Assembly (NCBI GenBank): GCA_016845365.1
Contig: JAERST010000013.1
Location: 44,090-108,089, forward strand
DNA length: 64,000 bases
Direction of reading: 5' to 3'
DNA from: Methanobacteriota archaeon
Lineage (GTDB): Archaea; Thermoplasmatota; Poseidoniia; Poseidoniales; Thalassarchaeaceae
Positions 8,593-17,893 of the stretch are shown in pieces. The notes below the pieces were generated by a model. That model made no database searches, had not been told where the DNA came from, and saw nothing but the letters and a program-made list of their open reading frames with translations. The position numbers were made by a program, and so were the translations under genes. The number at the start of each line of letters is the position of its first letter. Position 1 is the stretch's first letter.

Positions 8593-11500
8593 TCACGCGT
8601 TCGTTACGCCGCCGTCGCGTGACCAGAAGCGGTCACAATCGAACGACACGGCACCATCATCGGCGACGTTGAACGTACCGACGCAGTATCCGTTACCAGC
8701 GACATCACCAACAGCATCGAAGCTGTGGACACCAGAGGCGCCCACGAAGCCTTGACCTACAGCCGAGATGAGAGCGCTCAGAGGGGTTCCCTCTGGGCTC
8801 GAAGCCAATGCGAACACCGAGTAACCGATGATGATCATGGCGTCGAATGCCTCTGCGGTGTAGATTCCACCAGCGCAGTCAGGCACAGCGCCGCAAGCCG
8901 CGGCGAATGCCATCGAGCGCTCGTTTGGTGTTGCTGATGCTGGCTTGGTAGCCACCGCACCGTCTAGCAGAGAACTGTCTGCCATGTCGGCTGCGATTCC
9001 TTCCTCAGCGACTCCGTCGCCACCGTAGATAGCTCCGGAGAAGCCCTGAGCACCGAGTTCCTCGATGATTGCGGCTCCATCACTCGCGTACGAGATCAGC
9101 ATGACGCTGTCGCAGCCACCGTCGACAACAGACTGCACCTGTGAGGTGAAGTCAGTCTCGGTGTCTGCGTATCCGACCTTCGTGCAAAGTGCGTTACCTG
9201 CATCTGTCCAAGCAGCCTCGAAGGAGTCTGCAAGACCAGAACCGTAGTCGTTGGTCATGTAGAGCAGTGCAATGTTGCTGTGGCCACCGGCGGTGACAAC
9301 ATCAGCGAGTGCAGGTCCCTGAATCGCATCGCTTGGCACGACACGGAAGAACAGCGGGTATGCCGAGGCATCGCTGAGTCCAGGGTTAGTGCTCGCGTAC
9401 GAAATCATTGGGATTCCAGCAGCCGATAGGACTGCGTTTGCACCCATGGTTGCACCAGAGCAGGCTGCTCCAGCAACTGCGACTACACCGGCGTCGATCA
9501 GAGTCTGAGCGCCGGTAGCAGCGACGGTTCCGTCACAGCCCGAGTCAGCGAATACCAACTCGAACTGTAGGCCTGAGCCCCATCCTGCAACGTTCATCAT
9601 CTGAAGAGCGATTCCTGCAGCAGCTGCGAATCCTGGCGCGTAAACAGCGATAGGACCGGTTGCTGGATTTAGGAATCCGATCTTGACCGTCTGGCCGGTG
9701 AAATCGCTTGCAGCGACTCCACCGTCACGGGTCCAGTGTGCTCGGCAGCTGAAGAAGACATCAGTGCTCGACAGAGCGTCGAAGCGGCAGATATCGTATC
9801 CTGCTCCTGCGACGTCTCCGCTCTCATCGAAAGTGTGAGATCCGGATGCGCCTTCGTAGTCGGTTCCGACCATGCCAAGGTGGGAAGCCATGTTAGCTCC
9901 CTCTTCCATCATTGCAGCCTTACCGATCATCATGACCGCATCGTAAGTCTCTGCAGTGTAGATTCCACCAGCACAGGTCTCGTCAGCAGCGCAGCGCTCA
10001 CCGAAGTCACCAGCACCGGCTACGGCGCGTGGCTTGGTGGCCTGGACGCCGTTTGCAGCACCAGGTGCGCTGAAGTCGTCGAGGAAGCCGGCGTCAGCGA
10101 TTCCATCCGCGCCGAATGTTGGCAAGGATAGGCCGACGTAGGCCATTGTCTCGAGGATTGCAGCACCGTCGGTTGCGTAGGTGACCATCACGACGGAGCC
10201 ACAGCCCGCGTCAGCGATTGCTTGGACCTCAGCAGCGAAGTCGGTCTGAGTGTCCTCGTAACCGATCTTTGTGCAAAGGTTGTCCGATCCCCATGCGCCC
10301 TCAAAGGCGTCTGCTAGACCAGAACCGTAGTCGTTGGTCATGTGCAGAAGTGCCGGGTTTGATGCACCAGCTGCTGTTACCATTGCGGCGATTGCAGGAC
10401 CCTGGATTGCGTCGCTTGGAACGACGCGATAGAAGCCTGGGTAAGCCGAGGCGTCAGAGAGACCAGGGTTTGTGCTGGCGTATGATACCTGCACGATTCC
10501 AGCCTCGCTGAGGACAGCGTTTGCACCCATTGAGGCACCAGAGCACGCGGCTCCAGCGACACCGACAACGCCGGCGTCAACAAGGGTCTGTGCGGCTCCG
10601 CTTGCGACGGTTCCGTCACAGCCGGAGTCTGCCTCGACGAGTTCGAAGTCGCCGCCCATTGCGTTCAGGTCAGCGATTGCCATGTTGGCAGCTGCTGTGA
10701 ACGGTGGTGCGTAAACTGCGATTGGTCCAGTCAATGGATTTAGTAGACCGATCTTCATCGACTCTACTGGCTCTTCTGGAGCCTCAAACATTGGGTTATC
10801 GTTACCCATGTAGTGAGCAGCGATCTCATCGACGAGCGCGTTAGCGACGTCGACATCGAATCCGACAGCGTTACCATCTTCGTCAATGCTCTCGAACGGC
10901 GGGTAAGCCGTGTCCGAGCAGAGCTTGAGCGAACCGGACTCGAGAACCGCTGAGAGGGTTGATCCCTCGCTCGGGCTCGGGTAAGCGGTTGCAGTGTTGT
11001 CGTCGCGGTCATCTGTTAGGACAACAGCGCCATCGAACCAAGCACCGAAGATAGCGTCGTACTCGCCGGAGTCGACAATCGCGGTGATTGCGACGTTGAG
11101 GGCATCGAGCAATTCGCCCGAGTCCTCGCGGACAGCGAGTCCGAAGGTCTCATCCGAAAATGTCGTCAATAGGTCACCGGACAATGCCAGCACGGGCGAA
11201 TCGCCCATAGCGTAGTCCGCCTCACCATTTCCAACAGCCGCTACGACCGAGGGGAAGTCAGCGTATGCGACGATTGTCGCGTCACCGAGGTTATCCTGGG
11301 CGTAGAGATCGGAGGTCGTTCCGGATTGAACAGCGACGGTTGTACCAGCCGCATTCAGTTCCGAGACGTCCGAGATAGCTGCAGCACCAGCCGCACCGAT
11401 TACACCCTGGCTACTCGTGTAGTAACCGCGGGTGAAGTCGACGACTTGGTCGCGCTCCTCCGTCTTCGTCATCGCCGAGATGATGGCATCGCACATCTCG

Positions 11501-11694
11501 CCGCCGTTCAAGTTGGGAATAATCGGATCCCAATCAGACGTAACAAAGTCTGCCGACACATCGTCGGCTGGACTCAGTTCCCACGTCTCTTCAGGTTCCA
11601 CTTCCCCGCCCAGACATCCTGCGAACGCAGCCGCAAGCATGCTGAGCGTCATCAGCATTGCAGTCATTTTCTTGTCTAACATGGCGTATCTCAC
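8593..11694 (-). CDS. three-domain solute-binding lipoprotein: circularly permuted family-3 (polar amino acid) domain plus two LIV-type domains
   Basis: Lipobox AFAGC. Family-3 motifs DWDPIIP, DAIISAMTKTEER, GTTS, YPPFE, GFDVD. Two repeats of KIGxLNPxTGPIAVY...DSGCD...GAACSG...SYASTNPGLSD...RVVPSDAIQG. ATG 11682 is an alternative start. Confidence 0.92.
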   Translation of the reverse strand: MRYAMLDKKMTAMLMTLSMLAAAFAGCLGGEVEPEETWELSPADDVSADFVTSDWDPIIPNLNGGEMCDAIISAMTKTEERDQVVDFTRGYYTSSQGVIGAAGAAAISDVSELNAAGTTVAVQSGTTSDLYAQDNLGDATIVAYADFPSVVAAVGNGEADYAMGDSPVLALSGDLLTTFSDETFGLAVREDSGELLDALNVAITAIVDSGEYDAIFGAWFDGAVVLTDDRDDNTATAYPSPSEGSTLSAVLESGSLKLCSDTAYPPFESIDEDGNAVGFDVDVANALVDEIAAHYMGNDNPMFEAPEEPVESMKIGLLNPLTGPIAVYAPPFTAAANMAIADLNAMGGDFELVEADSGCDGTVASGAAQTLVDAGVVGVAGAACSGASMGANAVLSEAGIVQVSYASTNPGLSDASAYPGFYRVVPSDAIQGPAIAAMVTAAGASNPALLHMTNDYGSGLADAFEGAWGSDNLCTKIGYEDTQTDFAAEVQAIADAGCGSVVMVTYATDGAAILETMAYVGLSLPTFGADGIADAGFLDDFSAPGAANGVQATKPRAVAGAGDFGERCAADETCAGGIYTAETYDAVMMIGKAAMMEEGANMASHLGMVGTDYEGASGSHTFDESGDVAGAGYDICRFDALSSTDVFFSCRAHWTRDGGVAASDFTGQTVKIGFLNPATGPIAVYAPGFAAAAGIALQMMNVAGWGSGLQFELVFADSGCDGTVAATGAQTLIDAGVVAVAGAACSGATMGANAVLSAAGIPMISYASTNPGLSDASAYPLFFRVVPSDAIQGPALADVVTAGGHSNIALLYMTNDYGSGLADSFEAAWTDAGNALCTKVGYADTETDFTSQVQSVVDGGCDSVMLISYASDGAAIIEELGAQGFSGAIYGGDGVAEEGIAADMADSSLLDGAVATKPASATPNERSMAFAAACGAVPDCAGGIYTAEAFDAMIIIGYSVFALASSPEGTPLSALISAVGQGFVGASGVHSFDAVGDVAGNGYCVGTFNVADDGAVSFDCDRFWSRDGGVTNA

Positions 11695-12038
11695 GCTCCT
11701 TAGCCCTCGTACGACATTTCCTATTTGTTATAGAAGTTCGCAATATTGTTCCAGAAAACACCGTTTCGGTATGTTGGTGAAATGGAATCCTGAATGATTG
11801 GAAACTGAGGTAATGCGCGGATATGATTCCCTTTTGTGATAATTTTCTTCCATATTTCTACAAATTCTAGAAAATGGCGCATCGGAAATTCCCCACGAAG
11901 TGGATTTTTTAGAAATCCGAATTTTTCGTGAGTTTTGAGAAGGGGGCCTCAAACTCTTTGCTAGTTTTTTTCTGAGTTTGAGCAGCCGATTGAATCATGA
12001 AGTTGGCCCTGCGCGTTCGGTGCGTGGCAGACACCCCC

Positions 12039-13142
12039 ATGGACTATGCCAGCAGCGGGGTCGACATCGATGCCGAGGGAGCTGCGATTGCCAGTCTAAT
12101 CGGTTCGTTGAGCGGCTCGGTCCGACAGCCTGGGACGAGGGGAGCTCCGATTCCTCTTCCCGGGGGCTTTGGTGGTATCATCGAATTCGGTGATTCACGC
12201 TTGGCTCTGGCGACCGATGGTGTGGGTTCAAAATTACAACTTGCTAATTCTCTCGGTCGCTACGAGGGGGTCGGCATCGATTGTGTCGCAATGAATGTCA
12301 ACGACTTGCTCTGTGTAGGTGCCGAACCACTCGCCTTCGTAGATTACATCGCCGTGCCTGCAACCGACCCAGCGACTCATGCCGTCATCGGCTCATCGCT
12401 TGCTGAGGCTAGCCGACGCGCGCGAATTACTTTGGCCGGCGGCGAGACTGCAACCCTTCCAGGTATTGTTACCGAACTGGATTTGTCCGGTACCGCACTT
12501 GGTTGGTTTCCAGCAGGTGGAGCGATTACGGGTGAGAGGTTAGAGGCCGGTGATGTGGTCATCGGTTTGCCGAGTAGCGGCGTCCACTCAAATGGCTACA
12601 CTTTGCTCCGAGCAGTGGTTGAGAAATCAGGACTCTCGCTGACCGACGCGGCACCATTCGATTCGGAGCACGCCGGGCGAGTGATTGAGGGGGCGGGTGA
12701 AGCAGGTGCGAGCCTTGGCGAGGTTTTGTTGAACCCGACTCGAATTTATGTTGACCCAATTATCGATTTGATCGATGCTTGCCGCGACGGATCGGGCCCT
12801 TGTGCGAGCGAGGATTTGAAGGCGATTGCTCACATTACAGGTGGAGGTTTGTCGAACCTACTCCGACTTCACGACTCGCTCGGTTGGCACATCTCAGACC
12901 CCTTGCCGGTTCCGCCTGAATTCGGTTGGATAGCAGAGGTTGGCCCTGTCGAGAATCTCGAGATGCACAAGGTCTTCAATATGGGAATGGGGATGTGTCT
13001 CGCCGTATCTGAGGATGTTGTTGATTCTGTCGAAGAATGGCTTGCTGCGAGGCTGTCGGGCAGTCGACGAGTGGGTGTTGTGACCGATGAAGGACATCGG
13101 GTAACCCATGCTGATTCCGATGTTGTGTTCGAACATTATTGA
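12039..13142 (+). CDS. purM: phosphoribosylformylglycinamidine cyclo-ligase (AIR synthetase)
   Basis: MDYASSGVDI, GGFGG, TDGVGSK, DCVAMNVND, GGETA, SSGVHSNGY, HITGGG, FNMGMG. Confidence 0.96.
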   Translation: MDYASSGVDIDAEGAAIASLIGSLSGSVRQPGTRGAPIPLPGGFGGIIEFGDSRLALATDGVGSKLQLANSLGRYEGVGIDCVAMNVNDLLCVGAEPLAFVDYIAVPATDPATHAVIGSSLAEASRRARITLAGGETATLPGIVTELDLSGTALGWFPAGGAITGERLEAGDVVIGLPSSGVHSNGYTLLRAVVEKSGLSLTDAAPFDSEHAGRVIEGAGEAGASLGEVLLNPTRIYVDPIIDLIDACRDGSGPCASEDLKAIAHITGGGLSNLLRLHDSLGWHISDPLPVPPEFGWIAEVGPVENLEMHKVFNMGMGMCLAVSEDVVDSVEEWLAARLSGSRRVGVVTDEGHRVTHADSDVVFEHY

Positions 13143-13214
13143 GACTCATTTCGTGAGTACTCACCATTCTGTCCGAGCAGTCAAGCCAATGTGTGAGGGC
13201 TCATCCGAGGCGAC

Positions 13215-14543
13215 GTGACATCTCCAACTCCGCGCGGTTGGCCCGGCCTTGTCCACAGAGAGGGAAGGACGCTTACTCGCGTGACGAAATTGCCGGAATC
13301 CACCGCTCGAGGACCGGCGGCAAAGAGTGCCGATGGAGTGTTTCTGAATCCGGCGATGGCAGGCTCGCGCACGCGGAGCGTGCTGTTGATGGCGCATGCC
13401 ATCGAGTCTGGAATACTCGGTGATGGGAAAATTCGCGCCCTCGATGGATTGAGTGCGTCTGGGTTGAGGCCCCGGCGTTGGTTGCGCGAATTGCCCGAAG
13501 ACGCCGCCGCGCGATTGATTGCGACCGCGGGTGACATGGATCAGAATTCCTTGGACTGGGGGGCGGCGACCGAGGCTGAATTTCCTAGTGGCCGCGGAGA
13601 ATTGCACTCACTTCTCGGTGACCTTCGCACCAGCGTCCTCTCCCAAGGTTGGCACTGGATCGACATCGACCCCTTCGGCTCGCCGGTTCCATTCCTCGAC
13701 ACGGCAGTCCAAGCTTTGGCACGCCGTGGTGTTCTCGAGGTCAGCGCAACCGATACAGCCGCACTTACCGGCTCTTCGAAGAATCCCTTGATGCGCCGTT
13801 ACGGGGCCAGAGTGCGGCTGGACAAACTCAAACACGATTCAGGGCTTAGAGTTCTGATGGCAACGGTCGCGCGCGCGGCTGCGCGCCACGACCGGAGCAT
13901 CACGCCCCTGCTCTCAATTTGGGATTCGCACCACCTACGAGTCTCGGTTCAGGTACGTCGAGTCATGGGTGGTGCGAATGATATCGAGGCATCGCTCGGC
14001 TGGCGAGTTTTCTCGCCAGACCAGTCCGAGGTCGATGCTTCGGTTGCGGCAGGTCTGCTCCCGGCTGACTCCGGAAGCGACCTGCCAATCCGTTGTTTCC
14101 TACCTCTTTCTCACCCCGTCGCCCGCGGCGATAAGCGGGTGTCCGGGCCGATGTGGATCGGCCCGCTCGGCGATGCGGATACGATGGCTTCGATGAGCCA
14201 AGAGCGCGCACTCGAATTGTGTGGACCGGCGGCTGGAGAAGCCGAAGACCCTGCGTGTTGGAGCGAGAAGCAATTTGAAGCCGAGCGAAGACGAGTTGCA
14301 CGCGCCGTCAGAAACATCGCAGAAGAATCTCAAGCCATCGACGCAGCCCATCTGATCGCCGTCGATGAACTATCCAGTTGGCTGGAAAGAGGCAGCCCCC
14401 CAAGCCCAGCCAAGATGGTTGCCCACCTCCAAAAACAAGGCCACTGCGCGGCAGTCTCACACTATGCAGAACCCTCGTTCAGCACCGACGCGCCGTGGTC
14501 AGCAATCCTCGCCGCCTTCGATGAAATCACGGCAGGCGAGTAA
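13215..14543 (+). CDS. trm1: tRNA (guanine26-N2)-dimethyltransferase
   Basis: VFLNPAM..SR, LDGLSASGLR, IDIDPFGSP, SATDTAAL, GPMWIGPL. Confidence 0.85.
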   Translation: MTSPTPRGWPGLVHREGRTLTRVTKLPESTARGPAAKSADGVFLNPAMAGSRTRSVLLMAHAIESGILGDGKIRALDGLSASGLRPRRWLRELPEDAAARLIATAGDMDQNSLDWGAATEAEFPSGRGELHSLLGDLRTSVLSQGWHWIDIDPFGSPVPFLDTAVQALARRGVLEVSATDTAALTGSSKNPLMRRYGARVRLDKLKHDSGLRVLMATVARAAARHDRSITPLLSIWDSHHLRVSVQVRRVMGGANDIEASLGWRVFSPDQSEVDASVAAGLLPADSGSDLPIRCFLPLSHPVARGDKRVSGPMWIGPLGDADTMASMSQERALELCGPAAGEAEDPACWSEKQFEAERRRVARAVRNIAEESQAIDAAHLIAVDELSSWLERGSPPSPAKMVAHLQKQGHCAAVSHYAEPSFSTDAPWSAILAAFDEITAGE

Positions 14544-14546
14544 AAC

Positions 14547-15563
14547 TCAACCGCCGATATACGACATTTCAATCCGCGGAAGCGCAGAAGCAGAAGTCTC
14601 CTCGGAACGGAGTTCGGAATATCGGTCGGCGCGACGCTCCCAGATAGCAGCAATTGCAGCGGTCAAATTTCCACCATTCGCGCCATTTTGAATCAGCGCA
14701 CGTAAATCGTGCCCACCAGAAGCGAAGAGGCAAGTGAAGAATCTGCCATCTGCAGAAATACGCGCGCGAACGCAATCTCCACAGAAAGGCGCGCTAACAG
14801 AAGAAATCAGGCCGATCTCGCCCGACCCATCGGAATGGCCCCACCTCACTGCAACATCGGAGGCGCGCTCGGCCGCGAGCGGAATCAAATCGAATTCACC
14901 ACGAAGATGCTCGAGTAAATCCCCGCTCGCCACAACCTCACCCAAAGTCCAGCCATTGGTCCGGCCCACGTCCATGTATTCGATGAAGCGGACGGTGACG
15001 TCGGTGCCGCGGAAGTGGCGTACGAGTTTTGCCGCCTGTTCTTCGTTGACCCCCCTGCGAATAACGCAATTCACCTTCACCGGAGCTAAACCCGCCTCCA
15101 GTGCAGCGTCTATTCCATCGAGGATTGTTTCGACGGGGATATCGGTATCGCTCATCGCCCGGTGGACATCATCGTCGAGGGCATCCAGACTTACTGTGAC
15201 CCTCGTCAAACCGGCGGCTGCGAGGGCGGCTGCGTTGCGGCGGAGCAGCGAGCCGTTAGTTGTCAATGCGAGCTCGATTTCGAGGTCTGATAGGCGTTTG
15301 ACTAAGTCGGCGAGGTCAGGACGGAGTAGAGGTTCGCCGCCGGTCAGTCTAACTTTTTCGAGGCCGAGTGGGATGCTCGCGCGGACGACTTTTTCGATTT
15401 CGTCGAAGGAGAGGAAGGCGCGGCGCGGAAGGAAAGTGTGCTCCTCGCCGAAGCGCTCGCGCGGCATGCAGTAAGGGCAGCGGAAGTTGCAGCGGTCGGT
15501 GACTGAAATTCGCAAGTCCTTGAGTTGTCTTCCGAGTCGGTCGGTGACCTGCTCGGACGTCAT
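14547..15563 (-). CDS. moaA: GTP 3',8-cyclase (molybdenum cofactor radical SAM enzyme)
   Basis: LRISVTDRCNFRCPYC, RLTGGEP, RFIEYM, FCGDC..R..ADG..TCLF, C-terminal MSYIGG. Start set at ATG 15563 because the longer ORF only reads through the 17-bp repeats. Confidence 0.95.
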   Translation of the reverse strand: MTSEQVTDRLGRQLKDLRISVTDRCNFRCPYCMPRERFGEEHTFLPRRAFLSFDEIEKVVRASIPLGLEKVRLTGGEPLLRPDLADLVKRLSDLEIELALTTNGSLLRRNAAALAAAGLTRVTVSLDALDDDVHRAMSDTDIPVETILDGIDAALEAGLAPVKVNCVIRRGVNEEQAAKLVRHFRGTDVTVRFIEYMDVGRTNGWTLGEVVASGDLLEHLRGEFDLIPLAAERASDVAVRWGHSDGSGEIGLISSVSAPFCGDCVRARISADGRFFTCLFASGGHDLRALIQNGANGGNLTAAIAAIWERRADRYSELRSEETSASALPRIEMSYIGG

Positions 15564-15590
15564 GGTCGCTTGGTGTGTGCGATGAGTCAA

Positions 15591-15675
15591 AGGCTTGGTG
15601 ATGTCGAAGGCTTGCTGTTGTCGAAGGCTTGCTGATGCCAAATGCTTGCTGATGTCGAAGGCTTGGTGATGTGGG
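15591..15675. repeat. degenerate 17-bp tandem repeat, 5 copies, in the moaA/nfuA divergent intergenic region
   Basis: aggcttggtgatgtcga / aggcttgctgttgtcga / aggcttgctgatgccaa / atgcttgctgatgtcga / aggcttggtgatgtggg. Confidence 0.9.
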
Positions 15676-15804
15676 TTTGGTGATTGATGACTCAAGATTT
15701 GAGTGGCTGAGTCCGGGATTTGTTTGGCGGATCACTTTCACTTTCTGCTCAGCCCACTCGCCCGCAGGTTGAAGACGGGTGGGCTTGTGAACGGGGTGAG
15801 AGCC

Positions 15805-16365
15805 ATGCTGTCGATCACCCCGAAGGCGCGCGAGATGCTCGATTCATTCGCTGAACAAGCTGGCGAAGATGAGCTCTCGCTGCGCGTAGAAATCATCGGT
15901 CGTGGTCCAAATGGATTCCAGTACGACCTGCAATTCGTCGGCGCCCAGGGCGGCGGCGAAGACGACCTCATCGTTGAGGTCGAGGGAATGAAAGTTCGAG
16001 TCGCCGCCCGCAGCGTGCAATATCTCGATGGTTCAACGCTCGACTTCAAGGAGACGCTGATGGGCGGCGGATTTTCATTTGACAATCCAAATCCTATGTG
16101 GGTCGACGAGCTCTCAAAGAAGGTCGCTGAGATCATCAATAACGAAGTAAATCCAGCCGTGGCCAGCCACGGCGGAGTAGTCGAACTCGTCGGTGTTGAC
16201 GACGATAAGGCAATCATCGCCTTCGGTGGAGGCTGCCAAGGCTGCGGCATGGCGGATGTAACTCTCAAGCAAGGTGTTGAGGTGATGATCAAGGAGAAGG
16301 TCCCTGAAATCACCGAGGTCATCGATTCAACAGACCATGCCGCTGGAACAAATCCGTTCTATTGA
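15805..16365 (+). CDS. nfuA: Fe-S cluster carrier NfuA-like (degenerate IscA/HesB domain plus NifU C-terminal domain)
   Basis: ITPKA..., LDF.ETLMGGGFSFDNPN, VNPAVASHGG, GGCQGC, DSTDH..GTNPFY. Confidence 0.88.
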   Translation: MLSITPKAREMLDSFAEQAGEDELSLRVEIIGRGPNGFQYDLQFVGAQGGGEDDLIVEVEGMKVRVAARSVQYLDGSTLDFKETLMGGGFSFDNPNPMWVDELSKKVAEIINNEVNPAVASHGGVVELVGVDDDKAIIAFGGGCQGCGMADVTLKQGVEVMIKEKVPEITEVIDSTDHAAGTNPFY

Positions 16366-16392
16366 GTCGTTCAACACGACTTGAACTGCGGC

Positions 16393-17163
16393 TCAGTATA
16401 CCATTCTGACTTCATCGTCGTCACGATTGTCACCAGGCGCTGGTAGAGCATTTGCCTGCGCCCGCTCAAATGCCTCGCGCACGCGCTCTTCGATAGCGCG
16501 CGCATCCTCGAGCAAGCCCTTGACGGGAATCTCCATGTCGAGTAAATCGCAGACTCCCTCAATCGCTAGAAGAGCGGCTCGAGCATCCGGATACATCGGA
16601 TTGCACTCAGCTAGAAGTGCTGTAACATCGAGTCCGCGTCGCTCACCCTCAGCAATCAGATAGCCGGAGATTCCTGAGACGATTCCTTGCTGAATTCGTT
16701 GAATCCCGGAATCGTCGAGCGCATCGCGCCCAATCGCAGTCGAGGAGACTCCCCAAAGGTCGCTCTCCTCCTTGATTCCCAAATCATTGCTAACCACCCC
16801 GTCGATGACGATTAGGCGCTCGAAGCCACCTTTGGTGAACCACTCGAGAACGGTCTCGCCGAAGTGGACGTCGTTTTGGGGTGGGAATTGAATCTCGGCG
16901 ATGAAAACGCCGAGGTCTTCGCCTTGGTAGACGCGAACCGGGTGCTTAGGAACCGAGTCGTGAATCAGCGCGATGGCTGGAAATTCTGGATGGAGCACGG
17001 TTCCCATCGGATTCAGTTCGAGGGTCTGTATGATGTGAGACATCGCGATGACCCCGACCGAACCAACCGTCGAAAAGCCACAAATCGCTGTACCACCAAG
17101 CCTTGTGGGGTCCGCTGCGGAGTGCAGGACGAGGGGGTAGGCCGAGTTGTCGTGTCCACCCAT
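16393..17163 (-). CDS. proteasome assembly chaperone (PAC2 family)
   Basis: GFSTVGSVGVIA, HPVRVY, GIVSGISGYL, YPDARAA, LLEDARAIEE; ends MVY. Confidence 0.85.
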   Translation of the reverse strand: MGGHDNSAYPLVLHSAADPTRLGGTAICGFSTVGSVGVIAMSHIIQTLELNPMGTVLHPEFPAIALIHDSVPKHPVRVYQGEDLGVFIAEIQFPPQNDVHFGETVLEWFTKGGFERLIVIDGVVSNDLGIKEESDLWGVSSTAIGRDALDDSGIQRIQQGIVSGISGYLIAEGERRGLDVTALLAECNPMYPDARAALLAIEGVCDLLDMEIPVKGLLEDARAIEERVREAFERAQANALPAPGDNRDDDEVRMVY

Positions 17164-17347
17164 CGTGTCGTTGCCGGGTTCGGTCCGTCTTGAATCAAAC
17201 GGTCGCGCGAGGGGGCGGTGAGAAGGTGGGCATATGTCGGATAGGGAGCGGCCGGGAGGACGGCCGGAGTAATGCCTGCCGCTCTGAAAAATGATATGAT
17301 TTGCGCGTCGATTTTATCAAAAGGAGGCTTTTGCTCGCGTCGATAAC

Positions 17348-17893
17348 ATGTCTGAGGATGAGAATACAAACATCGGACGCATCTGGATTCGAGTCGGGTC
17401 GACCGAGGTCGATTTGACGGGATCAGCCCGCGAAGTCAATGATTCTTGGCTGAAATTGAAGGATCAAGACACCTGGGCATCTGCTCTTTCGAAGATTCGA
17501 GCGGCCAGACAAGACGCTATCGAGGCCGCTCGGCAATCGTTGAGCGAAGCGGGTGTGCCTGAACGCGGCTCAGCCTTCAGGCGATTGCTTGAGAATTGCA
17601 ATATCTATCGAACCGGAGACGTGATTCTTGCCGCAATTCACTACCTGCGCTCGGTCGAGAAAGAGGAGGATACTCCACCTCGCGCAGTCAAGAAATTGAT
17701 TGCAGATTCTGGTCGCTGGGATGAGGTCGAGCTCGAAAAGTGGAACCTCTCGCTCTACATCAATCGCATGCTCGATGATTCATCGGCTCGCGGAAAACCA
17801 GCCCTTCTGACATATCCGGAGGGCCGCGAGAAAAATCGCTACGTCATTCTGACCGACGCGGGGCGCGACTATCTCGAGAGGCTGTCATCGTGA
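17348..17893 (+). CDS. hypothetical protein, possible C-terminal winged-helix domain
   Basis: Clean 181-aa ORF whose end RYVILTDAGRDYL resembles a wHTH wing; stop overlaps the next start. Confidence 0.6.
   Translation: MSEDENTNIGRIWIRVGSTEVDLTGSAREVNDSWLKLKDQDTWASALSKIRAARQDAIEAARQSLSEAGVPERGSAFRRLLENCNIYRTGDVILAAIHYLRSVEKEEDTPPRAVKKLIADSGRWDEVELEKWNLSLYINRMLDDSSARGKPALLTYPEGREKNRYVILTDAGRDYLERLSS

Noticed and set aside
15591-15675. 17-bp array (and the 22-bp and 37-bp arrays) as CRISPR
   Set aside because: Units are head-to-tail with no unique spacers, and there is no cas1/cas2; the Cas4-like gene is solitary.
15564-15804. N-terminal extensions of MoaA (from 15695) and NfuA (from 15703); Moco riboswitch
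   Set aside because: The extensions read through the repeat/promoter region and family similarity starts at 15563 and 15805. I recognise no riboswitch consensus.
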